Assembly (NCBI GenBank): GCA_026025795.1 | Contig: JAPEUG010000031.1 | Coordinates: 61,044-81,043 of the forward strand | Reading direction: 5' to 3' | Source of the DNA: Thelocarpon superellum | Taxonomy: Eukaryota | DNA length: 20,000 bases | Shown: positions 1 to 8,359 of the stretch, piece by piece | Layout of the letters: each line of letters begins with the position of its first letter | Position numbering within the stretch: the first letter of the stretch is position 1 | The notes under the pieces: model-generated | What the model was told of the DNA's origin: nothing | Databases searched by the model: none | The model's input: only the letters and a program-made list of their open reading frames with translations | Program-made: the position numbers and the translations under genes

Positions 1-303
1 GAAGACGGCAACGGCCGACTCGTCTGGCTCATCCGGCACGTGGTGGGGAAAGTCCACCGGCGTAGCTGGTGGCGGTGGCGGACGGTTCTTGGTGTGAGCT
101 GGCGACGTGGCTGACTTGCGAGAAATTAGCTCCGGAGCAGAGGAGAGGAAGCGGCGCTTCATGGTGCCGATGAAGCTCTGTCGCCGCGGGAGCACATTGG
201 GAGAAAGGGGCAACGGGCTCGCATGGAGAAGATGTGGAAGGAAGGAGCGCCGTCTCTCTCTTGGAGGAGACGTGCTCTGCCTCCTCCCGAAGAAGAAATG
301 CAT
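1..303 (-). CDS. Possible 5' part of a hypothetical low-complexity (Pro/Ser/Arg-rich) protein running off the left edge of the window
   Basis: Not in the ORF track because there is no stop inside the window. ATG at 303-301 is the first ATG after an in-frame TAG (315-313), and the frame stays open for 101 codons to base 1: MHFFFGRRQSTSPPRERRRSFLPHLLHASPLPLSPNVLPRRQSFIGTMKRRFLSSAPELISRKSATSPAHTKNRPPPPPATPVDFPHHVPDEPDESAVAVF. The composition resembles a disordered fungal N-terminus, but no family motif is recognisable. The CAG just before the ATG could also be a splice acceptor. Confidence 0.4.
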   Translation of the reverse strand, partial: MHFFFGRRQSTSPPRERRRSFLPHLLHASPLPLSPNVLPRRQSFIGTMKRRFLSSAPELISRKSATSPAHTKNRPPPPPATPVDFPHHVPDEPDESAVAVF

Positions 304-1388
304 CTGGGGCGACTAGATGGACCACGTGCAACGCCGCTGGAGTGGGCACAGGTCGCAAACGGCTGGTCATGTGTTGCAGAATCTCCCAGGCCAGGAGAAA
401 AGGTACGGGTCGGTGTGGCCCATAGTCAACAGAAATCACGGGGACCAGGTGTTGACAGGAAACGACGTGGAAGCAGGTGTGGACGTAGATGTGGGCGCAA
501 CCAGTATGCCGACGTGCAAGGGTCGAGGCAGGAGCAGCAAAGGGCTCGGCGTGCGACTCGCCATACACATCGCTCGCGGGCACCAGTAGACCAGAAGGAA
601 ATGAGAGCGACGGGCAATCGCAGACAAGACGCCGGACGCACTCCGCACGCAGGTCGTCGAGAGATGGATGAAGCAGAGACCGACCAAAATCCATCCCGGG
701 ACAGTTCACCAGGCTACGAAGGATATGTGGAGACGCATCGGCACTTACCCGGAATATTCAAGCCACCGAACATGCTGCGCTCAAGGCATTGACGTCCTGC
801 CTCGCGCCGGATTGTAGATCACCAACGGCGGGCATATCAGTGACGATCCTCGCGTCTCAGCTGGAGGACGAGCTAAGGGTCGGCGTGCATGGTATTACTG
901 AGACGGACGCACACCTCGCACCTCACACCTCCCCATCCCACCCCCGCGGTACTAGAGCTGTCGTATCATCCGAGTAGGCCGGACAAGGGCGCTGCTAGCG
1001 CTTTCAGCCTGCAGGATGCATATTGGCGCGACCCTCGCTGTCTGTGCTGCCGGAGGTGGGTGTGTTGACCAGTGCTCCCATGGCCAGTGCAAACCTCATC
1101 GGCAGACAGTCATCGACTGTGTCTTTTCAGGACTGTCTTGCAAATTCAGATGCTGGCCCTTGAGTGGCCGGTGCATGTCTAATTGTCCACTTCCGACCGG
1201 TCGGGCGCTCCGTGGAGTGGCGCTACGTGACTACTTCGACTCTGGTACCGAGACGTGAACTTGAACTCGCTTTCCACCGCTGGTGCGGAGTAGCGAGAGG
1301 TCGATACGCTATGATGCCGCTGTCATCCGTTGTGGGCCAGAGCGGATGTCTGTCTCTGTCTACCAAGGGATGTCCAGGGAGAGACAAG

Positions 1389-2674
1389 CTATGTCCACGG
1401 CTCAATCACCAGCTTCTTGCCACTGACCCCTTGGGACATCCTCTCCACCCCTGCGGCATATTGATCCAGGCCTCCGAGTCGCTCGGGCGGCACGCCTCGA
1501 ATCCATCCGCCTTTCAGCCCTCGCTCCATGTAGCCCCCACTGGCCAACAACCAGTCCACCAGCTCCTGGTTTTCCTCGGCCTTGTTCCGGAACAACATCA
1601 TCTCCGCCGTCACCCCGTCAGGCAGCTTGGGCATGCCTGGCATCGTGGGGGGGAGGAGCGTGATGATGCGGGCCTTGACCACCTGCCGGCCCGGAGGGGT
1701 CAAGATCTTGATCAGGAGCTCCATGGACGACGGCAGCGACACCGTATCAAGCCAGTAGTCGATGGGCAACAGATCATGAATCTTCGCTGGCGTGCCGTCG
1801 TTATGGTAATCATAAACATAATCCGCGCCCCGCTCATGGACGAGTGGGAAGTTGTGCGGCGAACAGGTGGTGACGACGGTGTAGCCGGCCTGCTTTGCGT
1901 ACCCGATGGCGAGCAGACCCATGGCCGAGGAGCCGCCGCTGATGTAGATTTTCTTCAGCTTGGGCGTCGGGTGCAAAGCATCCACCGGCCGCTCCATACC
2001 CAAGGTGGAGCGTGCGAACAGCGCGGCTGGCGGAGTCTGCGCACATGAGGCGACGGCGACGGCAAAGTCCAAGTCGCCAATCTACTCCGACATGGTTGGT
2101 GAGCCGGCGTCCACGCTCGTTCTCACCGCCCAGACTCCGCGAGAGGCACTCACCAAGACGCACTCCCGTGCATCGGCGATAGTATAACGCTGCTGGCTAC
2201 CGTACTTGGCCACGCCTTTGCTCGGGTAGGCGTTGGTACCAGCCACGACGCGATCGCCGACCCGGACCTTGGTCACGCCCTCGCCCACGGCCTCGACGAA
2301 CCCTCCTGCCGTTGAGCCCAGCACAGTGGGATAACTCAACTTGAGCACGGCCAGCTTGGCAATCTTGACCTCGACTGGCTGGACGGGTGCCGCTTGTGTC
2401 TGGCCTCTCCACCGCACATCAGCCAGGTCCATCACTCGCCGTCGAGCCCGGAGGAGCACATTACGTCTCCTCGGTCGGAGCGCAGGAGCTCCGCGACCTC
2501 GTTAATTCAAGGCCGGTGCGAGGGAGCGAAGACGGGAGAGAATGAAGGAAGAGACCCGCCACGCACACGAATCAAGACCTCACCCGCCTCCGGCTGCGCA
2601 ATCTCCGCGGCTCCTACTTCGATTGCGCCCTTCTCCGAGAGCAGCCACGCTGCTTGATTCTCCCCGGCCGACAT
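1389..2674 (-). CDS. Medium-chain dehydrogenase/reductase, zinc-independent enoyl reductase-like (CipB/ToxD/LovC-like) NAD(P)H oxidoreductase, about 348 aa, 3 exons
   Basis: Exons 2674-2567, 2399-2154 and 2081-1389 join in frame. Introns are 2566-2400 (GTGCGT...GCTGAT...CAG) and 2153-2082 (GTGAGT...CTCAC...TAG). The protein has the GroES-like N-domain (PEAGEVLIR-TQAAPVQP, GFVEAVGEGVTKVRVGDRVV), the Rossmann motif IYISGGSSAMGLLAIGYAKQAGY, TTCSPHNF...GADYVYDY and the family-typical C-terminus GVSGKKLVI. No zinc-ligand Cys/His pattern is seen. Confidence 0.9.
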
Positions 2675-3507
2675 GGTCCAGAGAGCCTTCTGCGATGCGT
2701 GGAGGAGACTTGATGGATGCTTCTGTGCAGGTGAACTGAGGCGAAGATGACGGAGGTTGACTGACATAGGTAAGTCGACGTAGATTTGATGCCATGGACG
2801 AGCCGAAAATCAGGTTCAAGACGGTCTTTACGGTCTACGAAACCTGCAGGCAATTGGCAGGGAACGGACAGCCGACGGACGAATGAGATCCGAAAGCATG
2901 TCAGATGAGATCACACCACACTAATGACTCCTTACTCATTGGTACTTAGTTAGAGTGAAAGTACAAGGTACCTCAGAGATACCACGAGACTGTTAGTATA
3001 TGGTGATAATATCTCCGTATTTCAAGTACTACTTGCGCTGATCCTCATGGTGGTCATCGCTGTCGGAAAGGGAGGGGTAGGTGGGGGCGAAGAAGGATGA
3101 GATGTATGTGTCCCGGATGAGGATGAGGGTTATGGCAGAAGTTGCAATTCGGACCATGCATAACATCTATAAAGCAGAGGTCGTGCAGGCCTCTTTCTGT
3201 TTCTAGGTACTCCATACATTGCAGCCGTCTCTTGATGTTTGCGCAAGGTCATTCCAGTGCCAATGTACATATGTACAAGTACGTCGCTGTTCACGCAGGC
3301 CGGCGAGGATGGCTCGTCCCAGATGTGAGTGACGAGGTGGGCCATCCTGACTATCCCCGTGGACGTCGACCCGGCCATGACGATAGCATTTCTGATCGTG
3401 AGCTGATCGTGAGCCGTACTTGTTGGCGCCGCGGCGGAGGGTGTCCGATTTGCTGGCGCGTTCGACGGACTCATCCCGGCTGAAGTTCTTGCGACCTACG
3501 AACGACT

Positions 3508-4056
3508 TCAGCGGACCACCTCAATTGATCCGACGGGTGTAGTCAGATCGCCAAAGGCGTATAGGATCGCCCTGATATGTCCAAGCGGCCTTTGACCGTC
3601 TGTGTGCACGTGTGACAGGATGTCGCGGAGTTCGTCTAGGACCGGCTTCAGGGTTGTCCAAGTCAACGTATGCCCGAAGAAGCGAACGATGACATGAGCG
3701 CCTTCACACGCGGGCCAGTCGTTTCCAGCCCATCCTTGAGAGGGGTGTAGTAGGAATTTTGACACGGCCGTGATCGCCAGATCTATTGCACCCAACACGA
3801 AGTCTGCCCTGATACGCTGTATTTGGGCGAAGTTGGTGATCAGAGCCACGAATCCGAGATCGTTCAACGTGGCATGGTAGTCAGCGCCGGTCACCCTGGT
3901 CATCCACTTGATGCCCGCCTCCATGCCGGGCAAGACTGAATTTTCGACCAACATGAGCGCCTTGTTGTCGACGTGGAACATCGAGACGGGATTTGCTACG
4001 CCCCCGGTGAAGAGCATCGTCGAGTAGAGGATGGAGAGAACGGCGGTGAGACGCAT
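3508..4056 (-). CDS. Intronless small secreted protein of unknown function, 182 aa (effector-like candidate)
   Basis: The ATG at 4056 gives MRLTAVLSILYSTMLFTGGVA|NP, a typical signal peptide (basic residue, hydrophobic core, small-residue cleavage site followed by NP). A globular-looking mature region follows, ending ...LTWTTLKPVLDELRDIL...VGSIEVVR-TGA. The composition is protein-like, unlike the Arg/Pro-rich shadow ORFs around it. The ORF track starts 18 nt earlier at a non-ATG codon. Confidence 0.72.
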   Translation of the reverse strand: MRLTAVLSILYSTMLFTGGVANPVSMFHVDNKALMLVENSVLPGMEAGIKWMTRVTGADYHATLNDLGFVALITNFAQIQRIRADFVLGAIDLAITAVSKFLLHPSQGWAGNDWPACEGAHVIVRFFGHTLTWTTLKPVLDELRDILSHVHTDGQRPLGHIRAILYAFGDLTTPVGSIEVVR

Positions 4057-4338
4057 GATGGTGGTCGAGCTCATCGAGCTGGCGCCGACTCAGGAGATGG
4101 TCTGCGGAAGAAAGGGCGGCGGTCACGGACGGAAGTGACGGATGAGCTCTGGCATGAAGCTGTCCGACCAAGAGCACCACGGAGAAGAATCCACGCAAAG
4201 GAGCGAGGCTCCTGTGTCGGTAATATAGACCCATCGCCGTCAATTGAACTACTGAGCATTCGGCCCGGCTCAAGATGGGGGCCACCCACGGAGCCTAGCA
4301 GACTCCTGATCAGGCAGGCCGGTAATGAAGACATTGGT

Positions 4339-4356
4339 GGCATCGGCATCGGCATC
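4339..4356. repeat. (GGCATC)3 hexanucleotide microsatellite
   Basis: GGCATCGGCATCGGCATC read directly in the intergenic region upstream of the secreted-protein gene. Confidence 0.7.
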
Positions 4357-6374
4357 ACCACGCGACGGGAGATGGATGATCCAGCGTCGATAACCGTACT
4401 CTTGTTCGTGCTATCCCAGCATAGGGTTGAAGACGCACAGGGTCTGTGCGCCCCCAGGGCCCACGAAGCGACACACCGCGAAGCATCGCGCTATATGCCG
4501 CGTGCGTTCCTACCGCCGACCTTTGACTGTGGCGACTCGCAGCGTTCATCTTGCTCAATCATGTGCCACCGCAACCGCGCCATCTTGCTCATCGTCTTGA
4601 TGTCCGAGCGGATCGTTCCGGCCGAACCTAAGACCAACGCTTCTCACGTCCAGCGTCCGTTATTGGATGCAGAGGCGGCGAAGGTTCTGCCCTGCCTTGG
4701 GCCAGATCCAGTGCAATTCTAGTACGAGTCAGAGCCCCGTGTGTCGAGGAGCGTCGATGTGTGTGGTACCTACCGGCACGCCAGAGCCAGAGACCGTCTT
4801 CAAGGCGCGATGAAAACGCGGCTGGCTCGCCGACATCGCGCATTGCGGAAAGTTGAGCGGGATTGCTCCACTGTCGATTCGCGCCCGCGGGCTTTGCCTG
4901 CGTTCGGCCTCGGAGTCGCAGTGTTTGGCCCATGTCAAAGTGGGCTGGGCGACGGCAATTGCATTGGAAAGGAGACAGGACGTGTCAATAAGAGATTCCC
5001 CACGCAGCGCCTAGAAACGACGCGAGAACGGCGAGAAAGCGAAAAAGCGTGTGCACTGATCTCTTGGCATGACAGTCCCTGAGTTTCTCCAACGCCACTC
5101 TCGACGGTGGTAGCCCGTTACCGTTCGGAACAGCGCGTCCTACGGGAAAACACAGCGGACCAATGATGCCATGTTGCCACGGCCACAACTTGGAGCTGTG
5201 ACTATGTGACTATACGTGAACCCTGATGAGAACAATCCAAATTCCCCCTTCCTCTCTTCCTCATCCAGGCCGTCCAGGCTTTCGAAGTCGGCCAAAGTCG
5301 GCCACAGTCGATGAGTCTGGCCAAGCATTCCCCGCCACTTACCCCCCGCGTTCATGCAATCTCACGCGGCCAGACGAAAGTGATGAAGCTTCAAGCAGTA
5401 GCTGTGGTAAGAGACCCACACGCGAACGGAGTGGACGGGCGTACCTCTCGACTGGCGTGAAGCGCAGCTGTGCAGGCGCTGCAGTAGTGCAGTGCGGTGT
5501 GGCGGGACATGCCATACTCCGTGGCGGCGGACGGGAAGGCTCGCACGCTATGACGAGGCCCAGTGCTCACTCCTGTTGGTAGGATTGCGGCAATTACCGG
5601 CGTGGAAGTGGAGAATCCGATGCGGCCCACATCGCGCATAAATATGTGGAGTGGCGATCCGCCACCAAGATATCCCGAAACCCAATCGTCCCAGAACTGG
5701 CGGCTCTCGCTTCGCCACGTACCATGGGATGGGGCGGAGCGGAGGGAGACGAGGAGCCAAGCGGATTGGTGGGGTGTTGGCAAGGAAAAAGCTTAGCCCT
5801 TCTCCCCGTCATGCCGCCCCTACGCGTACCACACGTAACCATCGCACGATCTACGCGGGGCAGACGATCTCGCGCGCCGCGCAACGTCGACTTCTGGTTT
5901 CCTTGTGGCAGCCGCCCTCAATCCTCTGACGTGCAGCGTTTGCAAAAGCCCCGGCGCTGACCTCGTTCGCATCCAGGGCCTTCGCGGGACGATACCCCGG
6001 CCCGAGCTGCACAACATCATGCCATCTCCCACGCTGGCCCCACCGCGGCAGCTGCGGACGACCAGGATAGCTGACGGGAGGTTAACAATCGGCCTCACGT
6101 CTATGTGAACCACGGAGGCGGCGCTTCATAGATACATCGGGTTACGGTCCTTCGCCTGCGACAGATAAGATCCGCCATTACGGTCGAGGGCTAGAAAGAG
6201 AGGTGAGGGTACTAAGAAGGATGGGAGGCAGCATGTACGCAGCATGGCGGCCGAGACCCGATCAGACTCCCGGTTGAGCGCGCACGCCATACGCCCCAGC
6301 AGACGGCAGAGCCCACCGCGTCAACGCCAAGTCCACACACGCCCGTCGCAAAAGGGGGGGAGAAGGGGCTTGCG

Positions 6375-7130
6375 TCACCCATAGAACCAGTATTGCGCGG
6401 CGTATTCCATGAAGATGACGTTGGGCTGCCCCTCGCACGTCTTCGGCGCTTTTCCCCCCGCCACTTTCACCCGATAGACCTCCTTGGCGCCGACGCTGGT
6501 CCCCTTGTCCCCGAGCTGGAGCCAATCGACTGATCCGGTGCCGTCTGGTCCCGCAACGGATCTCGCCGGGGCCGTGACATCGGCCAGCTTCTTGCCGACA
6601 AAGGAGATGCCCAGGCGGGGGATGTTGAACGTTGGTGAGCCCGCGCTGTCGAAAACGTGCCATCCGTAGAGCGGCGTGCTCAGGACCGGCATGCGATTGT
6701 GCGCGTAGCCCACCGCCATGGTCGTCAGAGCATCCCAGTGCACCGAGTCCGTCACCGTCAGGTCCGTCAGGTTGGCCAAGGCGCCGATGTTCACTGGCGT
6801 GGCGGTCGACGATTCGCACGTGTAATTTTGCGTGCCACGTCCCAATGCCACCGTCTTCAGCGTGAGACCGGCCGAGGGCGCTGGAAGTGAGCCGTTTCCT
6901 GCGAAGCACCGTCAGCGCGGCGCCACACAGCCAAGGCCAGCCACCCAGATGCCTGTCCTACCTCCTTGGAGCGGAACCGTCTCGGTCAGTGCCCGACGAA
7001 GTACGACGGGCGTGGCCCGGTGGACCATCTTGGGAGGATGCGTGGGACTTGCGCCGCCGGGAGCGACCAAGAGGATGACGGAGAAGATGGAGAGGAGCAA
7101 GCGCCCGAGGGCAGGTTCATGGAGGTACAT
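6375..7130 (-). CDS. Secreted DUF3455-family protein (often mis-annotated as 'malate dehydrogenase' in fungal genomes), about 230 aa, 2 exons
   Basis: Exon 1 is 7130-6962 (MYLHEPALGRLLLSIFSVILLVAPGGA|SP, signal peptide). A 63-nt intron 6961-6899 (GTAGGA...GCTGAC...CAG) is followed by exon 2, 6898-6375, in frame. Family motifs are ALGRGTQNYTC, GALANL, HVFD.AG.PTF, GSVDWLQL, VYRV..AGG.AP.TC and the C-terminal YAAQYWFYG. Confidence 0.88.
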
Positions 7131-7765
7131 AACGGCGAGAAGGCGATACGACCAAACAACGGATGCAAAGTCCGGATGCAACCCAATGAGATACACAATC
7201 TGCGGCCGGCGCCGATTGCGTTGGCAGAGCACAGCCTGGGTGTGCGAAGGTTCGTCGCGGTCAACGTGACGTCTGGCCCGCAGATGAGAACATTGAGGCG
7301 GGTGGGATTCACGACGGCTTTATGCAGACATGGCCCAATTCCTCAGCCCGATCATTGTGGGCACAGGGACGCTCCTGACCGGGTCAAACGTGACACTCAA
7401 ACGCGACACATTGCTGCCCCTGCCGCACGCGCGCCCCAGCGCAATCACCCTGCGCGATTGTTGGAACGTCGACATTAGCCTCTCGACCTTGAACAGCAAC
7501 GGGTGTCAGGTGCGAGGTCTTCTGGAGCCCTTCTTGCCGAGGTGGGTGGGAAGAGGGCCGTGATTTTGGTCGGAGTCGGGCGAGGGGCAAAGATGGAGCG
7601 TGAATGAGACGGATCAACATGTTGGACGTGGCCAGCGAGCCATACAACATCCATGGCCGGCCGCCTAGCGGCATCCCTGCTCCCTTCTCGCTAGGAGCAG
7701 GCGGGGATGGGAGGTGTGTCATGCAGGTGGCGGCCATCGCACCCTACCCCAACGTGCCTTAGCGC

Positions 7766-7798
7766 ACGAGTACTGGAACCGTGGTTCGAGTACTTCGT
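7766..7798. repeat. Imperfect inverted repeat (33 bp) built from GTAC-motif arms
   Basis: ACG-AGTACTGGAACC-GT-GGTTCGAGTACT-T-CGT. Arms 7769-7780 and 7783-7794 pair at 11 of 12 positions and extend by ACG/CGT across a 1-nt bulge. Confidence 0.6.
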
Positions 7799-8359
7799 AC
7801 TGTTCGTCGTCCAACAAAGTCCGGCCGACCACTCACAGCGACCGTAGTTGTCACCCCGCGAGCCTCCGTACTCGTGCAGCGTTTGTGCTGGTCAGACACC
7901 ACCGACCTCCTTGTACAGCTAGGGCCGAACAAGTGATGATCGTCATGAGCCCAGGACTCTTGCATCGAAGGATTCAGATGGTGAACGGATGAGTCCGCTC
8001 TGTTTTCCACACCTCTCCACTTGCTAACGCACGGATTGAACGGTCATGTCAGGCATGGAAGAAGACCACCAGGATCGCATTTGCTGGAACGGAAACGTGA
8101 CACCGTACAAGCAAAAGATTCTTAGGCTATCGCCTGATCATCGTTCCAAGTCATCTGACACCCGCCATGACATCTGCCATGATGCGGCGAGGGTGAGAGT
8201 CATCGGAATCAGAGGGTGTGCCGGAACCGCACGTTGCCCACCTTTGATTGCAAGCCTACACTGACACTTTTCGACCATCCAGCGTGCCCAAGGACGGCGT
8301 GGAAAATAAAGGCCACAAATGCGAGTGAGCATCGCGTGCTCATAGCTGCGCCGCCACAA

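Noticed and set aside
29..792. 226-aa minus-strand (29-709) and 189-aa plus-strand (223-792) ORFs
   Set aside because: Their compositions are His/Cys/Arg-skewed and typical of non-coding frames, with no recognisable motif. The frame from 303 to the edge is the better candidate.
1164..2048. 294-aa plus-strand ORF
   Set aside because: It is the in-register antisense shadow of the reductase exon 3, a common by-product of GC-biased codon usage, and has no motif of its own.
4434..4450. CGCACAG-GGT-CTGTGCG hairpin
   Set aside because: Several 7-bp stems are expected by chance in 20 kb, and there is no supporting context.
3973..4722. 249-aa plus-strand ORF
   Set aside because: It has a non-ATG start, is Arg-rich, overlaps the secreted-protein start on the opposite strand and shows no domain.
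6262..6909. 215-aa minus-strand ORF overlapping the DUF3455 gene
   Set aside because: It is an alternative frame of a GC-rich exon, Arg/Gly/His-rich, with no motif.
7783..7793. GGTTCGAGTAC as a tRNA T-loop or B-box (also GTTCGAGTC at 14221-14229)
   Set aside because: There is no pairing T-stem, acceptor stem or upstream D-arm, so no cloverleaf can be built.
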